DNA from: Mobula hypostoma | Lineage: Eukaryota | Reading direction: 5' to 3' | DNA: 64,000 nt | Assembly (NCBI RefSeq): GCF_963921235.1 | Contig: NC_086097.1 | Span: forward strand, 172,052,001 to 172,116,000 | Shown: positions 1 through 13,402 of the stretch, piece after piece | Layout of the letters: each line of letters opens with the position of its first letter | How positions within the stretch are numbered: the stretch's first letter is position 1 | Made by a program: the position numbers and the translations under genes | Notes under the pieces: model-generated | The model's database searches: none | Told to the model about the DNA's origin: nothing | The model's input: the letters and a program-made list of their open reading frames with translations, nothing else

Positions 1-394
1 AGATCAGACACAATCTTACTAACTGCTGAAGCAGGTTCCAGAGGCCGAGGAGCCTGCTCCTGCTCTAGTTTATAACCATAGTTGCCCCTTGCTTTGTCAA
101 AGCTCTCTTAGACTGAGTTTGACCCTGATACCTAATCCAGACTCACCTCTACTACATTGTGCCAGTCAATAACTAGGCTGTTTCTTCTCATTCTGCAGGG
201 TGAGCTGTGCAGATTTAAAAAAGCTTTCCAAGAAAATCGATGCCTTTGTGTTCTAAATGTTTGAACCTGTACCAAACGTATGGGAGTAATGGTTATTTTA
301 TAGGTTAGTAATAGAAGACCAGGCTAACAATCTAGTAACTCAAATTCAAGTCCCAGTATTGATTTATAACTCAGTTAACAATCTAGTCTTAGCA

Positions 395-750
395 ATAGAG
401 ACAGACTCTTTGGCCCAAAACATCCATGCCAATGAAGGTGCATGTGTGAGCTAGTCCCACTTGTCTGCATTTGACCCACTTCTATCTAAACCTGTCCTGT
501 CCATGTGCCTTTTGTAACTTTAATCATTATAATTGTACCTGCTTCTACTAATTCTTCTAACAGCTCATCTATATACCCACTACTTTTTGTGAACAAATTG
601 CCTCCACACCTCCTTTGAACCTTTCCCCTCTCACCTTAAACCTAAGCCCTCTAGTTTTAGGCTCTTCTACTCAAGGAAAAGGCTGTGACCATCTAACATT
701 TTTGTCCATCATGATTTTATAAACGTCTATCACTCTTCATCCTGCTCTGT
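395..750 (-). mobile_element. CR1 LINE 3' end fragment (degenerate)
   Basis: Resembles the CR1 3' ends elsewhere in the window (e.g. 1304-1700, 17016-17317), including 'ctttcccctctcaccttaaacc'. Confidence 0.55.
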
Positions 751-879
751 TTAGGAAAAACAATTTCTGTCTGTACACACTCTATAGACAGTTCTCATTC
801 CCAGCAGCACAAATCCATGGACACCAACGGGATTAAAGAATATAGAGATCATGAAATTACAGTCATTTACTGTTAGTGA

Positions 880-1130
880 ACGCTGCTGATGAAATTGCAA
901 TGCTGGGATCAGGATCAAGAAACAAAGTACTGGAGGACTCAATGGATCAAGCAGTATCTGTGGGGGTAAATTGGCAGTTCATGTGATATGAACCCCACCC
1001 TTCCTCTCATCTCTTTACACTACCTCCCCTCTACTCTTTCAATCCAAGTAAAGGGTCTTGGACCAAAACATCAGCTGTCCATTTGATTTGAAACTTGAGG
1101 TTGGCCAGCAGTTTGTATTTTGCTGGTATT
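880..1130. mobile_element. Old, degenerate inverted (palindromic) Penelope pseudo-LTR remnant
   Basis: The left arm resembles the Penelope terminus; the right arm has a decayed hammerhead-like 'aagggtcttggaccaaaacatcagctg'. Confidence 0.45.
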
Positions 1131-1303
1131 CACAAAGATGACTTCCAAATTTGAATGTTGTAAAACCAAGCTGATTTACCCTATTCTTCAAGGAAAGGAA
1201 TCTTATCCGGTCTGGCCCAAATATGACTCCAAACCACAGCAATATAGTTGTCTACAAAATAGCCCAAACAAACAATCTGTTCAGGAGCAATTAAGCTGTG
1301 AGG

Positions 1304-3990
1304 TCATAGAGTCATAGAAAAGTACAGAACAGAAACAGGCCCTTCGGCCCATCTAGTCCATGCCAAATCATTTAAACTAACTACTCTGATTGGCTGTAGC
1401 CCTCCATACCCCTACTATACATGTACCTATCCAAACTCTCTTAAATGTTGAAACCGAGCTCGCAAGTACATCTTGCATTGGCAGCTCATTTCACACTTTC
1501 ATGATGCTCTGAGTGAAGATGTTTCCCCTCATGTTCCCCTTAAACTTTATGCCTTTCACCTTTAACCCATGAATTCTAGTTGTAATTCCCCCCAACCTCG
1601 GTGGAAAAAGCCTGCTTGCATTTGTCCTATCTATCCCCCTCAGAATTATGTATATTTCTATCAAATCTGCTCTCAATCTTCTATGTTCTAAGGAATATAG
1701 TCCTAACCTATTCAATATTTCCTTATAACTCAGATCCTCCAGACCAAGCAACATCTTTGTAAATTTTCCCTGTACTCTTTCAACCTCATTTACATCTTTC
1801 CTGTCAGTAGGTGACCAAAACTACATACAATACTCCAAATTAGACCTCGCCAATGTCTTATACAACTTCAATATAAGATCCCATCTCCTGTACTCAGTAC
1901 TTGGATTTATGAAGACCAATCTGCCAGAAGCTTTCTTTATGACCTTGTCTACATGTGATACCACTGTCAATGAACTATGAACTTGTATTCCTGGATCCCT
2001 TTGTTATATCGCATTCCTCAATGCCCTACCGTTCACGGTGTATGACCTACCCTGGCAAGCCCCCTATTCCAGCAGGTCCAAATCCCACTGCAAGCCAAGA
2101 TAGTCTTCCTCGCTGTCTACTACACCTCCAATCTTAGTGTCTTCTGCAAACATGTTGATTCAGTTAACCACATTATCATTCAGATCATTGATATAGATGA
2201 CTAACAGCAATGGACCCAGCACTGATCCCTGCAGCTCTCTACTAGTCACAGCCTTCCAGTCAGAGAAGCAACAATCAACCATTACCCTCTGGTTTTTCCC
2301 ACTAAGCCAATGTCTAACCTAATTTACTACCTCATCTTGAATGCCAAACAACTGAACCTTCTTGACTAACCTCCCATGCGGGACCTTGTCAAGTGTCTTG
2401 CTAAAGTCCATGGAGATAACATCCACTTGCTTGCCTTTATCAGCGTTCCTAGTAACTTCCTCTAAAAACTCAGACTGGTTAGACACAACCTACCACACAC
2501 AAAGCCATGCTGACTATCCTTAATTGGTCCATGTCTATCCAAATACTTATATATCCGGTCCCTTGCAATAACTTTCCCACTGCTGATGTCACACTCACTG
2601 GCCTTAAATTCCTGGTTTATTTTTGGAACATTTCTTAAGTAATCCTCCAATCCTTTGGAATCTCACCTGCTGAAAAGGATAATTTAAATATTTCTCTAGG
2701 GCCCCAGCAAATTCTGTGCTTGCCTCATGCAGGGTTTGAGGGAGCACCTTGTCAGGCCCTGGGGATTTATAAACCCTAATTTTACTCAGGACAACAACAC
2801 CTCCTCCTCTGTAATCTGTATACAGTTCATAAAGCTGATGCCGCTTTGCTTTATTTTAATAGACTCTGCGTCCATCTCCTGAGCAAATACAGATGCAAAA
2901 ATGTATTTTAAGATCTTCCCCAACTCTTTTGGGTCCCCACATGAATTACCATTCTGTTCTTGCAGAGGACCAATTATGTCCCTTGCAATCTGTTTGCTCT
3001 TAACACATCTGTAGAATCCCTTAGAATTCTCCTTTACCTTGTCTGCTAAGGCAAACTCATGCCTTCTTTTTGTCCTCCTGATTTCTTTCTTAAGCGTTTT
3101 CCTGCATTTCTTATACTCCATAACTATCTCATTTATTCCTACCTGTCTCTGTCTGCTATACACCTCCTTTATTTCTGAACTAAGGCCTCAAAATCACTCA
3201 AAAAGCAAAGTTCCCTACACCTGTTATCTTTACCCTTTATTCTGACAGGCACATCTATTCTCAAAATTTCACTTTTGAAGGCCTCCCACTTTCCAAGTAC
3301 ACCTTTGGCCTGAAAGCAGACTGTCCCAATTAATACTTGTCAGATCCTTTCTGATACCATCGAAACAGGCCTTTCTCCAAATTAGAATCTCAACCCATGC
3401 ACCTGACTTATCTTTTTGTATATTTACTTTGAAACGAATGGTATTGTAAGCACTGGGTGCAAAGTTTTCACCTACACAAATTTCTTTCACCTGCCCAGTC
3501 TCATTGCCTAATAGCAGATAAAGTATTGCACAATCTCTCATTGGGATTCCATGTAGTGATTAAGAAAATTTTCCTGAACACATTTAGCAAACTCTGACCC
3601 ATCTAGTCTTTACAGTATGAGAGTCCCAGACAATATTTGGAAAGTTAAAATCACCTACTATAACAACCTTATGTTTCTTGCAACAGTCCACGATCTCTCA
3701 ACCGATTTGTTCCTCTAAATCCCTAGGACTGTTGGTGAGGTTGTAATATAGCCCCATTAACATTTTCTTATTAATCAGTTCCACCCATAATGCCTCATTA
3801 GACGAGTTCTGCAGTCTGCCCTGACTGAGCACTGCCGTGACATTTTCCCTGACTAGTAATGCCACCCCTCCTCTTCTAATCTCTTCCACTCAGTCACATC
3901 TAAAACAATGGAACCCTGGAATATTGAGCTGTCAGTCCTGCCCCTCCTGTAACCAGATCTCACTAATGGCTACAATATCATAATTCCAGC
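1304..3990 (-). mobile_element. CR1 LINE, degenerate ORF2 (APE endonuclease to RT to 3' tail)
   Basis: ORF fragments RGGVALLVRENVTAV, SQHGFVCGRLCLT, LGLYSLEHRRLRADLIE; 'catagagtcatagaa' tail at the left end. Confidence 0.9.
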
Positions 3991-4424
3991 TGAGTTAAAT
4001 AAATATTTTCAAGAAGTTTCCAAAAAGCAACAAAAACTGTAAGGTGTTTTCTGCTACCCATGTTGATGTCCTGAAGTTAAAAGGCTATCTTCATTCATTG
4101 AACTTACATGACTGCCAGGCACTGATGGTTGGAAATTAGATTGCATCAAAGTTCATTTGGCTAAATGTATGTTGAAGCTGGCACTAATGCTTAATTGGGT
4201 GATATAAAAACTGAATTTTATAATCAAGTCTTTAGGAAAGCACTATTTGTTTAAAATCCATTAGAACACCATGTACATATTTCATAGCTGCCACCTGTCG
4301 CTGGGCAGGCAGCAGTAATTGCATTCTGTCTGCCTGTAATCTGGCCAGAAAACATATTACTAATAGGTTACACTGTAGCTTAATCTGTAGTCATTTGCCA
4401 AAACAACTTCACCCTTCAGAGACA

Positions 4425-4720
4425 GAAAGACAGATGGTGGAGTCTGTGGCTGAACAAACTGCCAGAGGAACTCAATGGGCGAAGCAGATGCTGAGGAGGG
4501 AAATGGACAGTCGACATTTCAAGTCAAAACCCTTCATCTGTACTGGAAATGAGGAGATGGCCGGTATAAGGAAGTAAGGTGAAGGAGTGGAATAAAAGCT
4601 TGGTAGGCAATAAATAGGTGAGGAGGGATGATATGCAGATGGAGGAGGGGAGAGTGGAAGTAGTGACTAGGACTGAGAGGTGACAGGTAGAGGTGTCAAA
4701 GTGCTGGAGATGCCGGAATC
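4425..4720 (-). mobile_element. Penelope pseudo-LTR remnant, split by the Gypsy insertion (continues at 19862-20075)
   Basis: Decayed hammerhead/pLTR motif 'cagtcgacatttcaagtcaaaacccttcatctgtactgg'; the sequence resumes after the second GAATC TSD. Confidence 0.6.
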
Positions 4721-5174
4721 TGACAAGAGTCCAGTAGTGGCCCAAGAATAGAGGGAGAGATGCAATCCTAGAATTAACACTTAACTCAGATTTAATTAGA
4801 ACTGTAAAGAACAGAGAAAAATAGTAAACACTAGGGTAACTAAGAACTCTCAAACTAACTAAACACTCATGCCATAACCGTGGCTCAAAAGCAGTTACCT
4901 CAAAATAAATTTATGCTGCTCCTTTAACATCGCCTGGATAAAGCACGAGTCGTCTTTCTGGGAACGTGGGCAAAGGTAATCAGGGAGCGCGGTCATCGCA
5001 GTGCTTCAGTCAAGACTTGACAAGAGTGAAACAAAAGGAAGGGAGTTAAAAATTACAAGGAAACCCTAGTTGGCAGGGATGTGCATCCTCTCATGCATGA
5101 TTGCTGTCTCCCTCCTTCCAGCTGCCCACCTGCGAGGGTGCCCAGACTCCACAGCAGAGTCCACGTTTGTGACA
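4721..5174 (-). repeat. 3' LTR of element B
   Basis: Homologous to 19416-19861 (shared 'ccagctgcccacctgcgaggg', ends 'gtttgtgaca'). Confidence 0.85.
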
Positions 5175-7463
5175 ATATTTACAATATTATTCAAGTCTTA
5201 CAAAAATATTAAATACATAACCCTCCTCTATGTTTAGCTATAAAATCCAACACAATATAGAATGCATCTCAACTTATATACACAGTATACTACATAATAT
5301 AACTACTACTTAGGCATCCACAGCATCGTAAATTTTAGATTGTTCATTCATGCCTGAAGAGTTCATTGATATGTAGGATTTCTTACTCTTGTGGGATAAT
5401 GTCTTTCTTGACAAGTGGGGGGTGTAGGGGTCACTCTACTTGGCAGGTGAGATTTGAGGCTGTGAAGCAATCTCAGGCTCTGGGGCCTCCTCTGTGGTGA
5501 TGTAAGAGTTGACTACGGGACTGCAGGAAGTGGCTCTGACAGCACTGGCCACTGGCACATGTCGGCATTCCAAACAATGCATGTCAAGCTGCTCAATCTG
5601 CTAATCTCTGCCAGGCCACTAGACAACACTTCATGCCAACACTTTCGTTTTGACCATGCCTAGATGACCTTCAACACCTCAGCTCTCAGCTTGAATGGTA
5701 CAACAACTCGCAACCCCCACATAAGGCAACCACCATCAAGGGCAAGTTCATCGTTGCGGTAGTTAAAATGGGAGAATTGGAAATTCTGTTGCACATTCCA
5801 CCCATTTTGGATGGCTATGTAGACCTGAGACAGTGTGGGGACTTTTCTGGTTTCTCTTTGGATCTTCTCTGCTGTAATAAGTAGACTTTCAATTTGCATT
5901 AGAGAGAAGACATCAAGTGGAGTGTTCTATTTTGTAAATTTTTCATGTATTTCCTTTTCCAAGGGTAAACAAAACACATCATTTCCATGATTAGTCATCC
6001 TCTTGAATTCAATCTTACAATTGTGTCCTCCAGGGAGCGAAGCCCATCTCTGAATCTGTCCACTGCTATTAGTGGAACACTCTTCTGTGGATTGAAAATG
6101 GACACTGGTGGTTGATGTTCAAAAATGAGGGTAAGCTCTCTCCCAGCCTAGTTCTGAATGAAACATTGTACACCACAAACCATACTCAAGGTCTCTCTGT
6201 CAATCTGTGCATAATTTTCCTCTGCAGCAGTAAGCGAACATGATGGGGCATTCACTTTCAATACTCATTACATGTAACATACTGCATCTATTCAATAAGG
6301 CGATAAGACAGGGACCAATCCACAGGCAAGCTTCGCTGGACAAGTTGTATCATAATGTGTGAGTACAGTGTCTGACATCACCATTTTTTTGGTCTTTTGA
6401 AAAGCCAGCTCACATTGCTTTGTCCATTGCCATTTCAACCCAATCCGTAGTAATGAATTCAAGGGGTGGAGCACATTACCAGGTTTGGCAGGAAATTGCT
6501 ATAGTAATTAACAAACCCTAAAACGGGCTGCAACTGTGACATATCCTTTGACCTTGGGGTATCCACCAATGCTTGAATTTTCTCAGCACACTTTATGTAA
6601 TCTTTGAATGTCAATGGTGTGACCACAGTAAGTGATTATTGATTTAAAGAATTCACACTTGTTGCATTATGCTGTGAGCCCATAATCTTCTAATCTTTAT
6701 AACACTGTCTTGAGATTTTAGAGATGTTCCTTGTCATCCTTACTGGTAACAATGCTGTCACCCAGGTAACACTGAGTGCCTGAACAGCCTTGCAACACCT
6801 AGTTCATAACTTTCTGCCTGAGTGCAGGTGCAGATGCTGCTCCTAAAATTAGTCTATTATAGTGATAAAGCCATTCTAGAGCAAGAAACACTTTGGACTC
6901 TTCTTCCATCTCCATCTGTCAGCAGCTCTCAGCTAAGTTCACTTTGCTGAAGTGTTTCCCTCCAGAAAGGTTTGCCATGTATTCTTGAGAAAGGAATACC
7001 ATGTATTCTGAGCAGAGGGTATTGATCTACTTTCAGTACTGGGTTGATGGTTACCTTATAATCACCACAGATCCTGACAGACCCATTCTTCTTGGCTACT
7101 GTCCCTTCCTGCACTGTTTTTTTAATTGACCATTTCTCACTGATTTTTTTTTACATGAAAGACTTGTTGCACTTCAACAGGTCGTCATGGGATCATTTCA
7201 ATCTTTCTCATCATCATTGTAATGTTTTGTAGCTCCAAAACATAAAACTAATTGAAAGAAAAATGAGGGAGCCCGAGATGTGTGTAAATTTTGTTTATAC
7301 CTTTAGTGAGGTGCATATTTATGATGTGGTGATGTATGCCATTCATGTACATTTACTTGTAATGAATTATGTAAGTTAACAGTAATGAATTATGTAATCA
7401 AGCAAAGAACTCTTAATCATAAAACTTATTTACAATATTACTCAAATATTACTGAAGTATCAA

Positions 7464-9557
7464 TGTTACCAGGTTCGGATATGGTCCAAGTGCGCAGTGA
7501 GACACACTGAAGCAGGTCGATAGTTCACAGACTTTAATACAAACAGTGGTAAAGGAAAAATAAAACAATAAACCCTAGGCCAAACAGGGCCGTTAACTAA
7601 AACTCTCAAATGGAAAATGAAGCCAATACTGTGGCTGAAAAGAACATCTAAACATTAAACGAATACCGCTAGTCTTCGGAATCAGTTGACTTGACTGTCC
7701 AATTTTTCAGGGAAGGCTGAATGCAAACAGACAGCGAAGCATTGCTGTGCTCTGTCCAAGTCTCCACAAGCACTACAATGACAAGTATGGAGTTAAATAC
7801 TACCACAATTAAATAATAATTAGCTGACACGTACATATTCACAAGCGCAATTGCCATACCTACTGCGCTGCCGAATCTGTGGTTGTGACAGGGTCCCCCT
7901 CTCCAGGCGTAGCCCCTGAGGTGTCACAGACCTGCGTCCGTAGGAAGTCCTGGATTAGCAACTTGTCCAAGATGTCCTTGGCTGCAATCCAAGTACGTTC
8001 TTCTGGTCCATACCCTTCCCAGTCCACAAGGCACTGGACCTTACCACTTACCCAGCGAGATGCCAGGAGGCGCCACACAGTATAGACAAGGGAACCATCT
8101 ACTGGAGGAATACATTAAGGAGGAATTGAGCATGGGATTTATCCATCCGTCAACTTCACTGGCAGGAGCAGACTTCTTTTTTGTGAGCAAGAAAGATGGC
8201 AAGCTCCATCCCTGCATCGATTATCGGCCCCTGAACAACATCACTCTGAAGAACCGCTACCCTCTTCCCTTGCTGGCATCTGTGTTTGAACATCTCCAGG
8301 GAGCAACCATATTTTCCAAAATTGATCTGCACAACGCTTACAATCTGATTCGCGTAAGAGAAGAGGATGAGTGGAAAATGACTTTCAATACCTCTAATGG
8401 CCACTATGAATTCCTGGTGATGCCTTTTGGTCTAGCCAATGACCCCGCTGTATTCTAGACCTTGGTTAATGATGTGCTCAGGAACATGTTGAACCAGTTT
8501 GTGTTTGTGTATCTTGATGACATCCTTATCTATTCCTGCTCTCATCAGGAGCACATCCAGCATGTCCGGAGAGTACTCAAACGCCTTCTTACAAATAACC
8601 TGTTTGCAAAGCCTGAGAAATGTGAATTCCATAAAGACCAGGTGTCATTTTTGGGTATATACTTACCCTATCCAGTGTTCAAATGAACCCTAGTAACATT
8701 CAGGCAATTGCAGAGTGGCCCAAACTGTCTACAATCAAACAGGTATGGTGCTTCATGGGGTTTGCGAACTTTTATCGCTGCTTCATCCGGAATTTCGGCT
8801 CTAACGTGACTGCAATTAATGCACTCACCAAGAAGACCTTGGCAGGCTGATGTTGGTTGTTCATAGTAAGTTCGTGGATGGCGACCGTGAGTGCAGAAAT
8901 CGCAGACACCTGAGTCCGATTGTCTGTGGTGAGCTGTTGAACAGTTGCAGCTAGGAACAATAACTGTTCCTCCAAGTGAGACTGGGCTTGTCAACACAAG
9001 ATCATCTGCCTCGTTGCCTCTGTAACTTCACCGAGAACAGATTTCATTGCCTGTAGCTTGTCCCCTACCTGGCCAATGAATCTCACAGCCAAGGTCAGCT
9101 GCTCTCTCTTCGCTGGGCCCACTTTTGTTAGTCGAGACTTGCTGTTACTATGTTCGGATATGGCCCAAGACACTGAAGCAGATTGATAATTCACAAACTT
9201 CAATGCGAACAGTGTTAAAGGGAAAATAAAACAATAAACGCTAGGACAAACAGGGCCGTTAACTAAAATTCTCAAATGGAAAACGAAGCCTACACTGTGG
9301 CTGAAAAGAACATCTAAACATTAAACAAATACCGTTAGTCTTCAGAGTCAGTTGACTCAACAATCCAATTTCTCAGAGAAGGCCAAAAGCAAACAGGCAG
9401 CGAAGCATTTTCTGTGCTCTGTCCAAGTCTCGACAAGCACTATGACAACAAGTATGGAGTTAAATATTATCTTGAATAAATAATAATTAGCTGACATGTG
9501 CATATTCACAAGCACAATTGCCGTAGCTACTGGGCTGCTGAATCCGTGGTTATGACA
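7464..9557 (-). mobile_element. Chromoviral Gypsy (element A), internally deleted, with an inverted RT segment
   Basis: LTRs 7464-7890 and 9143-9557; TSD ATCAA (7459-7463, 9558-9562); PPT 7891-7904; chromodomain [14 protein letters not shown] (-); gag start (-); RT on + strand. Confidence 0.92.
8103..8845 (+). pseudogene. Ty3/Gypsy reverse transcriptase fragment, inverted relative to its element
   Basis: [47 protein letters not shown]; internal stop at ~8456. Confidence 0.9.
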
Positions 9558-10590
9558 ATCAAATACCTATCAACTGGGGCCCTCTCCTTAGGTGCAGCTC
9601 ATGAGATATCAGAGACCTGTGCCCGCTTGGATTTCTGGATGAGAGATTTGTCTAGCATGTTTCAAATCTGAACTCAAAAACATTCCTTTGGGCCATACCC
9701 TGCCTGATCCATGAGGTACTGGACCCGGTCCTGTCCCTGCTAAAATGCCAGGAGGCCCACAGAGAATAGTCAGGGACCTATCCACTAAGCAGGGAGGAGG
9801 TGGAGGGAGGGTAACTGGAGCAAGTGGGGAAGAAGTCATTGGCTTGAGCTGGGAAACATGGAACACTGGGTGAACCCTTATGGATAATGATAGGTGCTGT
9901 GATACCCTTCTCCAGTATGAATGGGACAACTTGCGGCTCTCAGATCTCAAAGGACGCTCTCCAGGTGCCAGCCAGACATTATCCCTGGCTTGAAAGTCTC
10001 ACCTGTCAGTGGAGCTGATCGGCCTGCTGGTCACGTTTCTTCTGGGTGTGCAGCACAGAAGTCCTGGCCCATCCCTACATGCGCTTGTAGTATTGCGCCA
10101 ACTGTTTAGCAGCAGGGACATCCACATCAACCTTTTAAGGCCATCGTGAGAGCAGCTTTCAACTGATCAACTGGCTGGAGTGTTCACTGAGATCTTTAAC
10201 CTCTCACTTTGGCATTCTGAGGTACCCACTTGCTTCAAGCAGGCTTCATCGGTGCCTAAGTAAACTAACTCAGTGACTGTCATCCTGTAGCACTGATATC
10301 GACGGTGACAAAGTGTTTTGAGAGGTTGGTGAAGGATCTGCTCCAATTTGCATACCAGAGCAACAGGTCCACAGAAACTGCCACCTCATTGGCTCTGCAC
10401 TTAACCCTGGATGCTCTTTATTGACTACAGTTTGACAATCAATAGTATCTTCCCCTCAAAACTAATCAATAAGCTTCAGGACCTTGGCCTCAACACGTCC
10501 TTGTGCAATTGGGCAGTCAGTTCAGATTAGCAACAATATCTCCTCCATGATCTCCATCAGTACAGGTTGTGTGCATAGTCCCCTGCTGTA

Positions 10591-11822
10591 AGGCCATAAG
10601 ACATTGGAGCAGAATTAGGCAATTCAGCCCATTGCATCTGCTCTGCCATTCCATAATGGCTGATCCTGGGTCCCACTCAATCCCATACTTTCTAGCCCTA
10701 TCCTTTGATGCCCTGACCAATCAGGAAACTATAATTTTCACTTTAAATATACCTACGGTCTTGGCCTCAACAGCTATCTGTGGAAGAGCATTCCACAGAT
10801 TCACTACTCTCTGGCTAAAAAAATTCCTCCTTACCTCTGTTCTAATGTTTGGCTCCTCAGTTTTGAGGCCATTCACTCTAGTTCTGGATACCCCACCACA
10901 GGAAACATCCTCTCCACATCCACCTTATCTAGTCTCTTCAACATTCGGTAAGTTTCAATGAGATTCCCTCCCCCCACTCGCATTCTTCTAAATTCCACTG
11001 AGTACAGGCCCAAAGCTGCCAAACACGCCTCATATGTTAACTCCTTCATTCCTGGATTCATCCTCTTGAACCTCCTCTGGACTCTCTACAATGACAATAC
11101 ATTCTGTCAGAGGTATGGGGCCCAAAACTGTTGACAATACTCCAACTGCAGCCTGACTGCTGTCTATTCCCCTTGAAATGAATACCAGCATTGCATTTGC
11201 CTTCTTTACCACAGACTCAACCTGTAAAATGAACCTTCATGTTTCAAATCTGAACTCAAAAACGTTCCTTTGGGCCATACCCTGCCTGATCCATGAGGCA
11301 TGAAGTTCCTTTGCACCTCCGATGTTTGTATTTTCTCCCAATTTAGATAATAGTCTGCACTTTTCTTCGTTTTACCAAAATGCATTATCATACATTTCCC
11401 AACACTGTCTTCCATCTGTCACTCTTTTGTCCATTCTTCCAATTTGTCAAAGAGCTTCTGCAATCGCATTGCTTCCTTAGCACTACCTACCCCTCCACCT
11501 ATCTTTGTATCACCTGCAAACTTTGCCGCGAGGCCTCAATTCCATTATCTAGATCATTGACAAACAATGTGAAAAGTAGTGGTCCCAATACTGACCCCTG
11601 AGGAATACCACTAGTCACTGGCAGCCAACCAGAAAAGGTTGGTCCCCTTTATTCCCACTTGCTGCCTCCTGCCTGTCAGCCATTCCTCTATCCATGCCAG
11701 TGATAACATGGAATTTTAACTTGTTAAACAGCCTCATGTGTGGCACCTTATCAAATGCATTCTGAAAATCCAAGTAAATGACATCCATTGTCTCTTCTTT
11801 GTCCACCCTGCCTGTTACCTCC
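10591..11822 (-). mobile_element. CR1 LINE, 5'-truncated
   Basis: DVIYLDFQNAFDKVPH, KCMIMHFG, LGLYSVEFRRMR; 3' tail at the left end. Confidence 0.88.
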
Positions 11823-12351
11823 TGTACTCCCCATATACTTATGACTGTACTTAAGCACAGCTCCAAAGCCATATTCAAATTTGCTGATGACGCCACTGTC
11901 AGAGACCAAATCAAAGGTGGTGACGGATCAGCATATAAGAGGTAGATTGAAAATCTGGCTGATTGGTGCCATAACTTCAACCTCTTACTCAATGTTAGCA
12001 AGTCAAAGGGGCTGATTATTGACTTCAAGAGGAGGTCCATGATCCAGTCCTTATCAGAGGATCAGAGGTGGAGAAGCTTAGCAACTTCAAATCCTCAGTG
12101 TTATAATTTTGGAGGATCTGTCCTGGGCCCGGCATGTAATTGCAATTACAAAGAAGGTATGGCAGTGCCTCTACTTCCTCAGGAATCTGCAAAGATTTGG
12201 CATGACATCTAAAACTTTGTTAAACTTAATGGATTCGTCAACACCCTTGATTCGGTCTATGACAGTGGTGTCCTCAGTAACTTTGTCAAAGGTAATGGAT
12301 ATGGCCCAGTCCATCTCGGGTAAAGCCCTCCTCACCTTTGTGCAAAGTTAC

Positions 12352-13402
12352 AGAACCTAGGCCTCTGCAACTGCATCCTCGACGTCCTAACCGGAAGACC
12401 ACAATCTGTGTAAATTAGAAATAACATCTCCACCTCACTGACAATCAATACTGGTACTTAGTCAGCAATGTGTGCTTAGTTTACTGCTCTACTCTCTCCA
12501 CACCCATGACTGTGTGGCTAGGCATAAGCTCAAATGCCATCTATAAATTTGCTGATGACACAAGCATTGTTGGCAGAATTTCAGATGGTGATGAAAGGGC
12601 ATACAGAAGTGAGATATGCCAGTTAATTGAGTGGTGCCAAAGTGACAACCTTGCACTCAACGTCAGCAAAACCAAAGAGCTGATTGTGGGCTTCAGGAAG
12701 GGTAAGATGAAGGATAGAGGGATCAGAAGTGGAGAGAGTGAGCAACTTCAAGTTCTTGGGTGTCAAGATCTCTGAGGACCTAACCTGGTCCCAACATATT
12801 GATGCGGTAGTAACAAAGACAAGACTGCAGCTATATTTCGTTAGGAGTTTGAGGAGATTTGGTTTGTCAACCAAAACATTCCAAAACTTCTACAAATGTA
12901 CCATGGAGAGCATTCAGACAGACTACATCACCTTCTGGTACGTGGGAGCAACTACAAATCAGTTGCAGAAACTTGTAAAATTAGTCAGCTCCATCATAGG
13001 TACAAGCCTACATAATATCCAAGACATCTTCCAGGAGCGGTGCCTGAGGAAGGCAGTGTCCATCATTAGGGATTCCCACCACCCAGGTCATGCCCTCTTT
13101 ACAGTTTTACCATCGGGAAGGAGGTACAGAAGCCCGCAGGCACACACTCAGCAATTCAGGAACAGTTCTTCCATTCTGTCATCCAATTTCTAAATGGACT
13201 TTGAACCCACAAACACTACCTCACAGCTTTTTTATTTCAGGCTTTTTTTGCACGATTTATTTTAATTTAACTATTTAATAGACATATACTCAATGTAACT
13301 CAGTTTTTTTCTCAATTCTTTTATCGTGTATTTCATTGTACTGCTGTCGTAAAGTTAACGAATTTCATGACATATGCCGATGATATTAAATCTGATTCTG
13401 AT
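12352..13402 (+). mobile_element. Rex1/Babar-like LINE, 5'-truncated
   Basis: IYKFADDTSIVG, NVSKTKELIVGFRK, FKFLGVKISEDLTWS, LPSGRRYRS; 'aaatctgattctgat' tail. Confidence 0.85.

Larger units (their letters stand above)
5175..9572 (-). mobile_element. Second (non-chromo, Mag-like) Gypsy family, deleted; its 5' LTR (7218-7463 plus 9563-9572) is interrupted by element A
   Basis: RT KKNGSVRICGDYKVTINPVLKVDQYPL, RNase H and integrase N-terminal fragments (GCLMWGLRVVVP); truncated 3' LTR end and PPT at ~5175-5229. Confidence 0.75.

Noticed and set aside
285..1300. Split ancient SINE (pieces at ~285-360 and ~1145-1300)
   Set aside because: It resembles an old shark SINE but is too degenerate to assign by eye.
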